From NCBI GenBank assembly GCA_045803545.1, contig JBJMOW010000005.1:768001-832000 (forward strand): DNA of 64,000 nt, written 5' to 3'. Under the pieces are notes generated by a model. It was not told where the DNA came from. It worked only from the letters and a program-made list of their open reading frames with translations, and did no database searches. The stretch comes from Gemmatimonadaceae bacterium (GTDB lineage: Bacteria > Gemmatimonadota > Gemmatimonadetes > Gemmatimonadales > Gemmatimonadaceae). Position 1 is the first letter of the stretch, and every line of letters begins with the position of its first letter. This document shows positions 30,141 to 40,613 of this stretch, piece after piece. A program made the translations under genes and the position numbers.

Positions 30141-31214
30141 ATGAGAGCCACGAATCTCGCCGCCCTCATTCTGTTGATCGCCGCTTGCGGTAAGGAAAGC
30201 GCGAACAACTCTTCCACAGCATCGTCCACCAGCTCCGGCGGATCCGTCGACTTGACCGGTGCCGGCGCGACCTTCCCATATCCGATCTATTCCAAATGGT
30301 TTGCCGACTACGCCAGGCAAACGGGTGTGAAGATCAATTATCAGTCGATCGGCTCCGGCGGAGGAATCCGACAGCTCTCGGAGCAGACGGTCGACTTCGG
30401 CGCCTCAGACAGCCCGATGTCTGACGACGATTTGGCGAACGCCAAAGGCGGTCCGGTGCTGCACATCCCGACAGTACTCGGCGCGGTCGTCATCACCTAC
30501 AACCTTCCCGGACTCGCGGCGCCGATCAACCTTACTTCGAATGCGATCGCCGACATCTTCGCGGGCAAAATCACCAAGTGGAGTGACACGCGGATTGGCT
30601 CGCTCAATCCCGGAGTCAGGCTGCCGTCGACGGATATTCTGGTCGTTCATCGCTCGGACGGAAGCGGCACGACGTTCATCTTCACGGATTACCTGAGCAA
30701 AGCAGTACCGGCGTGGAACTCGAGCATCGGGAAAGGAAAGGAAGTGAGGTGGCCGGTTGGATTAGGGGCCAAAGGAAACGAAGGCGTCGCCGGTCAGGTC
30801 AAACAGACTCCTGGCGCAGTGGGGTACGTCGAGCTCGCGTACGCGAAGCAGAACAACCTTCCGTTCGCCGCGATCACCAACAAGTCAGGCAAGAACGTTC
30901 TCGCTTCGGTTGCAGGCGTGACCGCAGCCGCAGCGGGAGCCGCCCAAACGCTTCCCGCTAACACCGATTATCGCCTTTCGATCGTCGACGCGCCGGGCGC
31001 TGACTCTTATCCGATCTCCTCGTTCACGTGGATTCTCGCGTATCAGCATCAGCGCGACGCGGCGAAGGGCAAGAAGCTGGTCGACTTTCTGAACTGGGCG
31101 CTCACGACAGGAGAGGGTGAAGCGTCGGCGCTCGACTACGCACCGCTCCCGGCCGACATGGCGGCAAAAGTTAAGGCGCGGCTCGCGACGATTACCATCG
31201 CCGAGGCGAAGTGA
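30141..31214 (+). CDS. pstS: Phosphate ABC transporter substrate-binding protein, copy 2 (lipoprotein)
   Basis: Lipobox IAAC, Ser-rich linker, same PstS motifs as copy 1. Confidence 0.96.
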   Translation: MRATNLAALILLIAACGKESANNSSTASSTSSGGSVDLTGAGATFPYPIYSKWFADYARQTGVKINYQSIGSGGGIRQLSEQTVDFGASDSPMSDDDLANAKGGPVLHIPTVLGAVVITYNLPGLAAPINLTSNAIADIFAGKITKWSDTRIGSLNPGVRLPSTDILVVHRSDGSGTTFIFTDYLSKAVPAWNSSIGKGKEVRWPVGLGAKGNEGVAGQVKQTPGAVGYVELAYAKQNNLPFAAITNKSGKNVLASVAGVTAAAAGAAQTLPANTDYRLSIVDAPGADSYPISSFTWILAYQHQRDAAKGKKLVDFLNWALTTGEGEASALDYAPLPADMAAKVKARLATITIAEAK

Positions 31215-32185
31215 CCGCAGTTTCCGCAGAGTGGGTCGAGAACGATCGACGCCACCTTCGCGTCGAGCAATCCGCAATTGGTGACAAGATCTATGGAATC
31301 GTCACCGCTGGTTGCGCGCTCGTCGTCCCCGCGATTGTGGTGGCGATTGCGATTGCCATTTTCGCAGCGGCGTGGCCGGCGTTCGCGAAGCTTGGTTTGT
31401 CGATTCTCACCTCCAGCGACTGGGACGTCGCCAACGGACACTTCGGCGCCGCTCCCGCAATCTTCGGTACTCTCGTCTCTTCGGCCGTCGCACTGGTAAT
31501 CGCGACACCGCTGGCAGTCGGCGTAGCAATTTTTCTCTCCGAGTTTTCTCCCGCGTGGCTCCGATCACCGGTGGCGTTTCTTGTCGACCTGCTGGCCGCG
31601 ATCCCGAGCGTCGTCTACGGGCTCTGGGGAATCTTTGTCCTGATTCCGATCATGCGCGACCATGTGATGCGCTTCATGCGTGACACGCTGCACCTCGGAG
31701 GGACGCCGTTGTTCACCGGACCGGCATATGGACCAAGTATGCTGACCGCCGGGGTCATTCTCGCAATCATGTGCCTCCCGAGCATCTCGGCTGTCTCACG
31801 CGAAGTGTTGCTGGCGGTACCGAGGTCGCAGCGCGAGGCCGCGCTCGCATTGGGTGCGACTCGCTGGGAGATGATCAGAGACGCGGTGATTCCGTTCGCT
31901 CGATCCGGAATCGTCGGAGGAATCATCCTCGGTCTCGGCCGGGCTCTCGGTGAGACGATGGCAGTGACGATGGTGATCGGTAACCGTCCCGAGATCTCGG
32001 CCTCTTTGTTCGCTCCTGGTTATACGATGGCGTCGCTGATCGCGAACGAGTTCAGCGAGGCCACCAACGATCTGCATCTCTCGGCGCTGATGGCGGTCGG
32101 AGCGATCCTGTTCGTGATCACGCTGATCGTGAACGCCATTGCGCGCTGGCTGGTCTGGGGTGTCGCGCGCGAGAAGGGTAAATGA
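31211..32185 (+). CDS. pstC: Phosphate ABC transporter permease
   Basis: LLAAIPSVVYGLWG, EAALALGATRWE, GRALGETMAV. Confidence 0.96.
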   Translation: MTAVSAEWVENDRRHLRVEQSAIGDKIYGIVTAGCALVVPAIVVAIAIAIFAAAWPAFAKLGLSILTSSDWDVANGHFGAAPAIFGTLVSSAVALVIATPLAVGVAIFLSEFSPAWLRSPVAFLVDLLAAIPSVVYGLWGIFVLIPIMRDHVMRFMRDTLHLGGTPLFTGPAYGPSMLTAGVILAIMCLPSISAVSREVLLAVPRSQREAALALGATRWEMIRDAVIPFARSGIVGGIILGLGRALGETMAVTMVIGNRPEISASLFAPGYTMASLIANEFSEATNDLHLSALMAVGAILFVITLIVNAIARWLVWGVAREKGK

Positions 32186-33030
32186 GAACCGCGCGCAGTC
32201 GACATATCGTGAGCGGCGGTATGATCGGTCTCACTTACGTCGCAGCAGCGTTGGCCACGCTCCCGTTGTTACTCATTCTCCTTCACCTCGTAAGAAAGGG
32301 CGCTTCTTCGCTGTCGCTCGATTTCTTCACTCGCATGCCGCAGCCGGTGGGAGAAGTTGGGGGCGGCATGGCAAACGCCATTGTTGGCACGCTGGTTTTG
32401 ATCGGCATCGCGAGTCTGATTGGACTGCCGGTCGGCATTGGCGCCGGGCTCCATCTCGCCGAGAAGCGAAGCACCAGGCTGGCGCATACAGTGCGTTTCC
32501 TCTCGGACGTCCTTAACGGCTTGCCATCGATCGTCGTCGGAATTTTCGCCTGGGAGTTTCTGGTCAAACCAGTCGGACATTTCTCCGCACTGGCTGGGGG
32601 CATCGCGCTGGGCACGATGATGATTCCGCTGGTAACACGGACGACTGAAGAAATGCTCAAAGTCGTGCCAAACTCCCTGCGTGAAGCGGCACTCGCGCTC
32701 GGATACCAACGATGGCGGACGTCGCTATCGATCGTGCTTCGGACAGCCATGGCCGGCATCGCGACCGGTGCGCTCGTCGCCGTCGCCAGAATCGCCGGTG
32801 AAACCGCTCCTCTCCTCTTCACCGCGTTCGGCAACCAGTTCTGGTCATTATCGCCCGGCCAGCCAATCGCCGCGTTGCCGCTGCAGATTTTCACGTACGC
32901 GGTCAGTCCGTATGACGAATGGCACCGGCTGGCTTGGGCTGGCGCATTGGTGTTGATCGCAATGGTGCTCGTCATCAGCATCCTCGCGCGCCTGGTAACG
33001 AGGTCACGGTTCGGTGCTCCAGTCGACTGA
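32182..33030 (+). CDS. pstA: Phosphate ABC transporter permease
   Basis: LNGLPSIVVG, LREAALALG, ARIAGETAPLLFT. Confidence 0.96.
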   Translation: MRTARSRHIVSGGMIGLTYVAAALATLPLLLILLHLVRKGASSLSLDFFTRMPQPVGEVGGGMANAIVGTLVLIGIASLIGLPVGIGAGLHLAEKRSTRLAHTVRFLSDVLNGLPSIVVGIFAWEFLVKPVGHFSALAGGIALGTMMIPLVTRTTEEMLKVVPNSLREAALALGYQRWRTSLSIVLRTAMAGIATGALVAVARIAGETAPLLFTAFGNQFWSLSPGQPIAALPLQIFTYAVSPYDEWHRLAWAGALVLIAMVLVISILARLVTRSRFGAPVD

Positions 33031-33877
33031 AGTGACTCCCAGCAAGCCGTCCCGCGTTGTCACGCCGACGGTGCAGGTGCGCGCCGTCGCGTCGACGCCG
33101 CTGGTGGACGACGTCAAGCCGTGCATCGAGACCAAAGAGCTGACGGCCCTGTTCAATAGTACCGCCGCGGTGAAGAACGTCACGATGACAGTCCCACAGC
33201 GCGCCGTCACCGCCATCATCGGTCCTTCCGGCTGCGGCAAGTCGACACTTCTTCGTTGTTTCAACCGCATGCACGAGACGGTGCCCGGCGCACGCGTCGA
33301 GGGTTTCGTCACTGTTCTGGGCACGCCGATCTACGGAGACGGGACAAGTCCCATTGCAGTGCGCCGGCACGTCGGCATGGTCTTTCAGCGCCCGACACCG
33401 TTTCCGACGATGTCGATTCGGAACAACGTCGTCGCCGGTCTACGCGTTGATTCACGCCTCCGGGAATCGCGCAAGGACGTCGATGGCATCGTCGAGGAGG
33501 CGCTGCAGCGCGCCGGACTGTGGACCGAAGTGAAGGACCGCTTGCATGAAAGCGCGATGGCACTCTCGGGAGGTCAGCAGCAGCGGCTCTGCATCGCGCG
33601 CGCGCTCGCGACCCGCCCGCGCGTGATTCTGCTTGACGAACCGACTGCGTCGCTCGATCCACTCAGCACCCAGAAAGTGGAGGAGCTCGTTTACGAGCTT
33701 CGCAACACAGTCAGCGTGGTGATCGTGACGCACAACATGCAGCAGGCCGCGCGCGTCTCCGATATGACGGCATTTCTGTTGGCAGGAGAGCTGGTCGAAT
33801 TGACTTCAACCAGAGAACTCTTCACCGCGCCCGCCGACGAGCGCACGGAGGCTTATATCACGGGACGGTTCGGATGA
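33014..33877 (+). CDS. pstB: Phosphate ABC transporter ATPase, copy 1 (start uncertain)
   Basis: [30 protein letters not shown]. Confidence 0.95.
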   Translation: MLQSTEVTPSKPSRVVTPTVQVRAVASTPLVDDVKPCIETKELTALFNSTAAVKNVTMTVPQRAVTAIIGPSGCGKSTLLRCFNRMHETVPGARVEGFVTVLGTPIYGDGTSPIAVRRHVGMVFQRPTPFPTMSIRNNVVAGLRVDSRLRESRKDVDGIVEEALQRAGLWTEVKDRLHESAMALSGGQQQRLCIARALATRPRVILLDEPTASLDPLSTQKVEELVYELRNTVSVVIVTHNMQQAARVSDMTAFLLAGELVELTSTRELFTAPADERTEAYITGRFG

Positions 33878-34677
33878 CCGTAGTCGCGTCCGGGCCCTCG
33901 AGACCCGTCGCCATTGCGTCCTCGGTCGGCTCGATCGAGGCGAGGAATTTTTCTTTCTGGTACGGAAAGAAGCAGGCACTGCACAACATCTCCCTCGCAG
34001 TTCGTCCGCGCTCGGTGACCGCGCTAATCGGTCCGTCCGGTTGCGGCAAATCCACGTTCTTGCGCTCGATCAACCGCCTCAACGACCTGATTCCGGGAAT
34101 CAGGCACGAAGGAGATCTGACTCTCGATGCCAAGAGCGTGTACGACAAGTCGCTCGACATCGTGGCGCTGCGCCAGAGAGTGGGAATGGTGTTTCAGCGC
34201 TGGAATCCATTTCCGAAGTCGATATACGAGAACGTTGCCTACGGCCCGCGGATCAACGGGATCGCCGACGGACCAGGCCTCGACGAAATCGTCGAACAAT
34301 CGCTTCGTCGCGCCGCAATCTGGGATGAAGTGAAAGATCGGTTGCGCAGCAGCGCACTCGGCTTGTCGGGTGGCCAGCAGCAGCGCGTCTGCATCGCGCG
34401 CGCGCTCGCCAATCAACCCGAGGTGCTGTTGCTGGACGAGCCGGCAAGCGCGCTCGACCCAAGCTCGACCCAACGCATCGAAGAGCTCCTCTACGAGCTC
34501 AAACGGGAGTTGACCATTATCATCGTGACGCACAACCTGCAACAGGCGGCAAGGGCGTCCGACTTTACGGCGTTTTTCTTCACCGGCCAGCTCGTAGAGT
34601 TCGGCCAGACGGAGCAACTGTTCACGAGCCCGCGCGAAGAACGCACCGACGCCTATATCACCGGGAGATTTGGATGA
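33874..34677 (+). CDS. pstB: Phosphate ABC transporter ATPase, copy 2
   Basis: [30 protein letters not shown]. Confidence 0.96.
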   Translation: MTVVASGPSRPVAIASSVGSIEARNFSFWYGKKQALHNISLAVRPRSVTALIGPSGCGKSTFLRSINRLNDLIPGIRHEGDLTLDAKSVYDKSLDIVALRQRVGMVFQRWNPFPKSIYENVAYGPRINGIADGPGLDEIVEQSLRRAAIWDEVKDRLRSSALGLSGGQQQRVCIARALANQPEVLLLDEPASALDPSSTQRIEELLYELKRELTIIIVTHNLQQAARASDFTAFFFTGQLVEFGQTEQLFTSPREERTDAYITGRFG

Positions 34678-35402
34678 CAGCTGACTCGAGCCCAGCCGGT
34701 TTCCGGCATTTTCACGATCAGCTTTCCTCGCTGAAGGAAAAGCTGCTTCGTATGTCGTCGACTGCTGAGGAGAGAACGGACCTAGCCGTCGAAGCGCTGC
34801 TCAATCGCGACAGAGAGAAAGCAAATCTTGTGATCGAGGGCGACGCGGATCTGAATCGCGCCGAGATGGAGGTCGAGCAGGCAGCGGTGGAACTTCTCGC
34901 TCTCCAGCAGCCAATGGCGCGTGATCTCCGCTTCATCATCGGCGCGATCAAGGTCTCGAACGACCTCGAGCGCGTCGGCGATCACGCCGTCAACATCGCC
35001 GAGAGCGCACTGCGCCTGACGGAAAAACCGACGTCCGCCCTCCGCATCCCCGAGATCGAGGTTATGGCGCGGGGCGCGCGGAAAATGCTCGGAGATTCAC
35101 TGGACGCATTCATTCGGGCCGACGGCGCACTCGGACGACAGGTCTGTAAGGATGACGACGTCGTCGATTCCCTCCACGATTCGGTGTTTCGCGTCCTGTT
35201 GACCCACATGATGGCAGACCCAAAGACCATCACTCCATCGCTGGAGTTACTGCTGGTCGGCCGAAACCTCGAGCGGATCGCCGACCTCGCGACCAACATC
35301 GGTGAGGACGCTGTCTATCTGGCGGAGGGCAAGCAAATCAAGCACCACCGGGAGGACGAGCACGTCATCGCAGACCGGCTGCTGACAATCCCCAGTAACT
35401 GA
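34674..35402 (+). CDS. phoU: Phosphate signalling protein PhoU
   Basis: [35 protein letters not shown]. Confidence 0.95.
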   Translation: MTADSSPAGFRHFHDQLSSLKEKLLRMSSTAEERTDLAVEALLNRDREKANLVIEGDADLNRAEMEVEQAAVELLALQQPMARDLRFIIGAIKVSNDLERVGDHAVNIAESALRLTEKPTSALRIPEIEVMARGARKMLGDSLDAFIRADGALGRQVCKDDDVVDSLHDSVFRVLLTHMMADPKTITPSLELLLVGRNLERIADLATNIGEDAVYLAEGKQIKHHREDEHVIADRLLTIPSN

Positions 35403-36399
35403 TCGCCGCGACGAGTGCCGATGCGGGTATGGTGATCACCCACGCCCACACGATCCGGCGCGCGATTCCCCACCGCACCGCGGAGAAGCGGTAAGTCGCG
35501 CCGGCTCCCATAATGGAGCCGGCGATGGTGTGCGTAGTGCTGACCGGAATCCCGTAGTGAGTCGCAAGGCTGATCGCGATGGCGCCACCGGTCTCGGCGG
35601 CGAATCCGCTGACTGGTCGCAGTCGCGTGATGCGCGATCCCATCGTGTGAACAATTCGCCAGCCGCCGAAAAAGGTCCCCAGCGAGATCGCGGTGTACGC
35701 GCCCATCTTCACCCACAGCGGAATTCCGTCGCCCGAGACGTAGAGGTGGTGGAAGAATCCCGTCTGCGCCGCCATCAGCGGTTTCACCGAGACGAGCAGG
35801 CCGACGATGATGCCCATTGTTTTCTGTGCGTCGTTGCCGCCGTGCGCGTGTGACAGGAATGCTGAGCTAAGTAGCTGAGCGCCGCGAAAGAACCGGTCCA
35901 CGCGGGCCGGCGCCATTGTCTGAAACAGCCAGTAGACCGCAACCATCAGCAGAAAGCCCGCAAGCATTCCGACAAGTGGAGAGATCGCGATGAAGGAGAG
36001 CGTCTGGATCCACTTCTCTCCCCAGGTGATTGCGCTCCATCCAGCTTTCGCGACACCCGCGCCCGCGTAACCGCCGATTAAGGCGTGGGACGAGCTCGAC
36101 GGAATGCCGTAGAACCAGGTGATGAGATTCCATGCGATCGCGCCGATCAGACCCGCCAGAATCAGGTTGGGGGTGACGATATCCGTGCGGATGATGCCTT
36201 TCTGAATCGCCTTGGCGACGAGCTCTCCGGCAGTGAAAGCCGCCGTGAAGTTGAAAAACCCCGCCCAGAGCACGGCTGCGAACGGACTGAGCACGCGGGT
36301 CCCGACGATCGTGGCGATTGAGTTCGCCGAATCGTGGAAGCCGTTGATGAAATCGAATATGAATGCGATCAGGACGATCGCGCTGACGTAGTAGACCAC
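35365..36399 (-). CDS. pit: Inorganic phosphate transporter, Pit family
   Basis: NGFHDSANSIAT, GIPSSSSHALIGG, HGGNDAQK, GIPVSTTH. Confidence 0.95.
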   Translation of the reverse strand: MVYYVSAIVLIAFIFDFINGFHDSANSIATIVGTRVLSPFAAVLWAGFFNFTAAFTAGELVAKAIQKGIIRTDIVTPNLILAGLIGAIAWNLITWFYGIPSSSSHALIGGYAGAGVAKAGWSAITWGEKWIQTLSFIAISPLVGMLAGFLLMVAVYWLFQTMAPARVDRFFRGAQLLSSAFLSHAHGGNDAQKTMGIIVGLLVSVKPLMAAQTGFFHHLYVSGDGIPLWVKMGAYTAISLGTFFGGWRIVHTMGSRITRLRPVSGFAAETGGAIAISLATHYGIPVSTTHTIAGSIMGAGATYRFSAVRWGIARRIVWAWVITIPASALVAAISYWGLSAAGLR

Positions 36400-37010
36400 T
36401 AAGCGTTCTTAAGCGCGATGCTCTGTAGGACGTTGCCGACGTCCTCACACTTATCCAGTGCGTCTTCGATCTTGTCGTACAGGTCCTTCCACTTCACGAC
36501 CTCGAGTGCATCGCCACCCTCGGCAAACAGCTTCCCCATCGCCTCGTGATATACGGCGTCGCCTTCCTCTTCCAGCGTCTTGAGCTTTTCGCTGACCGCG
36601 TAGACGTATTTCGCGTCTTTCATTTTGCGAACACCGTCTTCGACGACACATCCAGCCCGGGACAAAACCTCGGCCAGCACTCCGGCAGCGGGGCGCGTTT
36701 TCTGAATTCGAAAGATCTGCGCTCTCCGAGCCGTCCCATCGATCAGGTCGATTACCTCGTCCAGCTCCGAAGCAAGAGCGTGAATGTCCTCGCGGTCGAA
36801 CGGCGTGACGAACGTCCGATCGATGCGATCGATGATGTCATGGGTGATGTTGTCGGCTTCGTGCTCGAGCCCTTTGATCGCGCTGACTTGCGAATCGAGC
36901 TGCCCCGGATTCTGAAAGAGCTCACGAAGCAGGTTCGCAGAGCCTGTGAGTCGCTTCGCCAGCTCAGTGAACAGATCATAGAACTTTTCGTCGCGAGGAA
37001 GGATGCGCAA
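36399..37010 (-). CDS. DUF47-family Pit accessory protein
   Basis: LEHEAD, TFVTPFDREDI, LEEEGD; coupled to pit. Confidence 0.9.
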   Translation of the reverse strand: MRILPRDEKFYDLFTELAKRLTGSANLLRELFQNPGQLDSQVSAIKGLEHEADNITHDIIDRIDRTFVTPFDREDIHALASELDEVIDLIDGTARRAQIFRIQKTRPAAGVLAEVLSRAGCVVEDGVRKMKDAKYVYAVSEKLKTLEEEGDAVYHEAMGKLFAEGGDALEVVKWKDLYDKIEDALDKCEDVGNVLQSIALKNA

Positions 37011-37083
37011 AGTAGAGCTCCGTGGAGGTGCGGAAAATCTAACTACAACTGAAAACTACCTGCTCGGCGCTTCGCTGTTCTCT

Positions 37084-37818
37084 TCAGGCAATCCCTGTAC
37101 GCCTCACAACCAGATGCCTGTTCTCAAAGAACTTCACCAGCACGACGCCGGTTATGAATCCGCCCACGTGCGCCCAAACGGCGACTCCGCCCGTCAGATC
37201 CGCGCCATTCGTCAGCTCCGGAAGCGCTGCCACCACCTGCCAGAAGAACCACCAGATCAGCACCAGCCACGCCCGAATCGGCACGATGAAGAAAATGAAC
37301 AGCATCCGGACCCGAACGCGCGGATATAGCACTAGATAGGCGCCAAGGACTCCGGAGATCGCGCCAGACGCGCCAACCGTTGGCAGTGGAGAGGCCGGCT
37401 GCGCAATGACGTGCGCCGCCGCCGCAGCCAGGCCACACACGATGTAGAAAACCAGAAAGCGAAAGCTGCCGAGGCTGTCTTCTATGTTGTTACCGAAAAC
37501 CCAGAAGAAGAGACAGTTGCCGAGCAAATGTCCCCAGCCGCCGTGAAGAAACATCGAGATCAACGGCGTCAGCAGATTGATTGGATCGTTGTCGACGACG
37601 CATGCCAGGCCGCGCCCCAGCGGAACCGCTGTTCCGATCGGCGCCATGTGGGTCAGCTCTCCCGGCACCATTCCAAGGTTACAGACGCTCGCTACCAGGG
37701 CCTGTTGATCGAAGCCGGCCCCTTGCACGAAAACCCACACAAGGAGCATTGCCGCCAGCAGCGCGTACGTCATCCAGGGCGTGCGGACTGTGGGCAGCTC
37801 GTCGCTAAGCGGGATCAT
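37084..37818 (-). CDS. Rhomboid-family intramembrane serine protease
   Basis: MFLHGGWGHLLGN, GASGAISG, AHVGGF. Confidence 0.93.
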   Translation of the reverse strand: MIPLSDELPTVRTPWMTYALLAAMLLVWVFVQGAGFDQQALVASVCNLGMVPGELTHMAPIGTAVPLGRGLACVVDNDPINLLTPLISMFLHGGWGHLLGNCLFFWVFGNNIEDSLGSFRFLVFYIVCGLAAAAAHVIAQPASPLPTVGASGAISGVLGAYLVLYPRVRVRMLFIFFIVPIRAWLVLIWWFFWQVVAALPELTNGADLTGGVAVWAHVGGFITGVVLVKFFENRHLVVRRTGIA

Positions 37819-37908
37819 CTAGAACGATCGTTTCAGGTAGCGGTTGCGAAGTAAGTTAGCCCTTGGCAGTCTCGACATCCGAATCCGAGCGTAGCCAAGA
37901 ATCGCGCA

Positions 37909-38014
37909 GCCAAGATGGCGCACCGATTATAGAGCGGCAAGTTGGCACCCTGAGCCGCCCTTAAAACTCCGATTATCGGCCGTTATGGCAGGGATTTACG
38001 GCCTCGTGCTTGCC
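37909..38014 (+). promoter_or_regulatory. Putative sigma54 promoter and upstream palindromes for dnaK
   Basis: GG-N10-GC at 38000-38013 (CGGCCTCGTGCTTGCC); G(C/G)C-N5-GGC elements at 37909, 37936, 37979. Confidence 0.4.
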
Positions 38015-38075
38015 TATACCGACGGGAATAGAATACCGACATGGAGGCGCCACCGCCTTCCAGGAGAAATCAAGA

Positions 38076-40025
38076 ATGGCTGACAAAGTAATTGGAATCG
38101 ATCTGGGCACCACCAACTCCGTGGTTGCGGTCATGGAAGGCGGCGATCCCGTCGTCATCCCCAACGCGGAAGGTGGTCGCACCACACCGTCTGTCGTAGG
38201 CTTCACCAAAGACGGAGAGCGTCTGGTTGGACAGATCGCCAAAAGGCAGGCAGTAACCAACCCGCAGAACACCGTCTTCTCGATCAAGCGCTTCATGGGC
38301 CGCAAGATCTCGGAAGTGGCCGAAGAGACGAAGCGCGTACCCTACAAGGTCGTCGCGGGCCCGAACGACGTCGCGATGGTCGAAGTCCAGGGCAAGCGGT
38401 ACTCGCCGCCCGAGATCTCCGCGATGATCCTTCAGAAAATGAAGCAGACCGCTGAAGACTACCTCGGCTACAAAGTCGAGAAGGCAGTCATTACGGTCCC
38501 GGCGTACTTCAACGATTCCCAGCGTCAGGCGACCAAAGACGCCGGCAAGATCGCCGGCCTCGACGTGCTCCGCATCATCAATGAGCCGACAGCGGCTGCA
38601 CTCGCTTATGGTCTCGACAAGAAAAAGGACGAGAAGGTCGCCGTGTTCGACCTCGGTGGCGGTACGTACGACATCTCGGTGCTAGAGCTGTACGACGTCG
38701 AAGGCTCACGTCAGTTCGAAGTGAAATCGACCAACGGTGATACACACTTGGGCGGCGACGACTTCGATCAGCGTGTCATCGATTGGCTCGTAAGTGAGTT
38801 CAAGCGAGATCAGGCCATCGATCTGTCCAAGGATCCGATGGCGTTGCAGCGCCTGAAGGAGGCGGGCGAGAAGGCGAAGATGGAATTGTCCACCACCCAG
38901 TCCACGGACATCAATCTGCCTTTCATTACCGCCGACCAGAGCGGACCAAAGCATCTCAACTACACGCTCACCAGAGCGAAATTCGAGCAGCTCGTCGACG
39001 ATCTGATTCAGCGCACCATTCCGCCGATGGAACAGGCGCTCAAGGACGCGGGGATCAAGCCGAATGAGATCGATGAAGTGCTTCTCGTCGGTGGTTCGAC
39101 TCGTATTCCCAAGATCCAGGACATCGTACGCAAGTTCTTCGGGAAGGAGCCGAACAAGGGTGTCAATCCGGACGAAGTGGTCGCGATCGGCGCCGCGGTC
39201 CAGGGTGCAGTGCTCACCGGTGAGCAGAAGGATGTATTGCTGCTCGACGTAACACCGCTCTCGCTAGGTATCGAGACCCTTGGTGGAGTCACCACGGTGC
39301 TCATCCCGCGCAACACTACGATCCCGACTAAGAAGAGCGAGACCTTCTCGACGGCTGACGACAATCAGACGACGGTGGAGATCCACGTTCTCCAGGGGGA
39401 GCGCGAGCTCGCGACATACAACAAGACCATCGGCAAATTCCAGCTTACCGGAATTCCGCCCGCACCACGTGGAATGCCGCAGGTGGAGGTGACCTTCGAC
39501 ATCGACGCCAACGGTATTCTGCACGTGACCGCGAAGGACAAGGCGACCGGCAAGGAGCAGAAGATCCGTATCGAAGCTTCGAGCGGTTTGTCCGACTCCG
39601 AAATCGACCGTATGGTCAAGGACGCGGAAAAAAATGCGGCGGAGGACAAGAAGCAGCGTGAAGCGATCGACGCACGCAATCGCCTCGACTCGATGACCTA
39701 CGAAGTCGAGAAGAATGTCAAGGAATGGGGCGACAAAGTCTCAGCCGACACCAAGTCGAAGATCGACGCCGCAATCGAGCGCGCACGCAAGGCGCTTCGC
39801 GGCGACGATATGAACGAGATTCGCGCAGCGCAGGAAGAGCTCACCAAAGTCTTCAGCGAGGCAGGACAGGCGTTCTACCAGCAGCAGGCGCAGGCAGGTG
39901 CACAGCCCGATGCTGGTGCGACGGCGGGTGCAAATGCAGGCGCGAGCCCGGGCCCCGAAGCCGGGGGCGCCAAGCAGGATGATGTCGTCGAAGCCGATTA
40001 CGAAATCGTAGACGAGAAGAAGTAA
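38076..40025 (+). CDS. dnaK: Chaperone DnaK (start trimmed to ATG 38076)
   Basis: [38 protein letters not shown] upstream. Confidence 0.98.
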   Translation: MADKVIGIDLGTTNSVVAVMEGGDPVVIPNAEGGRTTPSVVGFTKDGERLVGQIAKRQAVTNPQNTVFSIKRFMGRKISEVAEETKRVPYKVVAGPNDVAMVEVQGKRYSPPEISAMILQKMKQTAEDYLGYKVEKAVITVPAYFNDSQRQATKDAGKIAGLDVLRIINEPTAAALAYGLDKKKDEKVAVFDLGGGTYDISVLELYDVEGSRQFEVKSTNGDTHLGGDDFDQRVIDWLVSEFKRDQAIDLSKDPMALQRLKEAGEKAKMELSTTQSTDINLPFITADQSGPKHLNYTLTRAKFEQLVDDLIQRTIPPMEQALKDAGIKPNEIDEVLLVGGSTRIPKIQDIVRKFFGKEPNKGVNPDEVVAIGAAVQGAVLTGEQKDVLLLDVTPLSLGIETLGGVTTVLIPRNTTIPTKKSETFSTADDNQTTVEIHVLQGERELATYNKTIGKFQLTGIPPAPRGMPQVEVTFDIDANGILHVTAKDKATGKEQKIRIEASSGLSDSEIDRMVKDAEKNAAEDKKQREAIDARNRLDSMTYEVEKNVKEWGDKVSADTKSKIDAAIERARKALRGDDMNEIRAAQEELTKVFSEAGQAFYQQQAQAGAQPDAGATAGANAGASPGPEAGGAKQDDVVEADYEIVDEKK

Positions 40026-40055
40026 GACTTTGCGGCGGCCGGTTCGCGCACCGTC

Positions 40056-40097
40056 AAACAAAAGGCCCGACTGGTTTCCCAGTCGGGCCTTTTGTTT
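40056..40097. terminator. Bidirectional terminator between dnaK and the peptide-signalling locus
   Basis: AAACAAAAGGCCCGACTGG-TTTC-CCAGTCGGGCCTTTTGTTT. Confidence 0.9.
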
Positions 40098-40106
40098 TTT
40101 GGGCGT

Positions 40107-40412
40107 TCACGAGCCGGTCGAATCCGGCAGAATCTGGACGGTATCAGCAGGAAAGGCGTCCAGCGGATCGGGGCTGGAGTTGGGAATTCCCTCGACCTTC
40201 TCGCCTGGGCCGCTGTCGTCGCAGTCTTCCTCGCAGGTGACAACGCCGGAAATCAGGATGTATCGGCCGAAGGCGGCACCCGTGGGGGCGGTCAAACTGG
40301 CTTTCTTTTGAAGCGGACTGGTGGGGCCGGAGGGACCGGTGGAATCGCTGCAAGCGACGCTGCCACCGACGGCAAGAAGAGCAAAGCCCCAAAGCCAATG
40401 ACGACCTGACAT
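40107..40412 (-). CDS. Small lipoprotein (101 aa) carrying FGRYILISG-xxx-CEEDC; candidate peptide precursor
   Basis: GAGGGA upstream, lipobox SVAC, own sigma54 promoter, paralog at 46186-46416. Confidence 0.8.
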   Translation of the reverse strand: MSGRHWLWGFALLAVGGSVACSDSTGPSGPTSPLQKKASLTAPTGAAFGRYILISGVVTCEEDCDDSGPGEKVEGIPNSSPDPLDAFPADTVQILPDSTGS

Positions 40413-40472
40413 CAACGGATCCCTCGACGATAGAAGATCGGTGGAACACCTTAGATCTAACGACCCGGCCTA

Positions 40473-40519
40473 AGCATACCATGTGCCCCGAAGCAAGTCG
40501 TTTCGCCGTCGATACTTAG
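40473..40519 (-). promoter_or_regulatory. Sigma54 -24/-12 promoter with adjacent GCAA-N19-TTAG element
   Basis: Minus strand GGGCACATGGTATGCT (GG 40487-40486, GC 40475-40474); element 40493-40519. Confidence 0.8.
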
Positions 40520-40613
40520 TTTTTTGACGAGTCGTGCATTGCGTGTCTTCTGCAACAGTTCTGTCGCGCGGGAATTCGAAAAGCGGTCATGTCGCGAGCA
40601 AACAGCCGTCTCG

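Noticed and set aside
37820..38075. CIRCE operator upstream of dnaK
   Set aside because: No TTAGCACTC-N9-GAGTGCTAA; TTGGCACCC at 37942 lacks a matching second half
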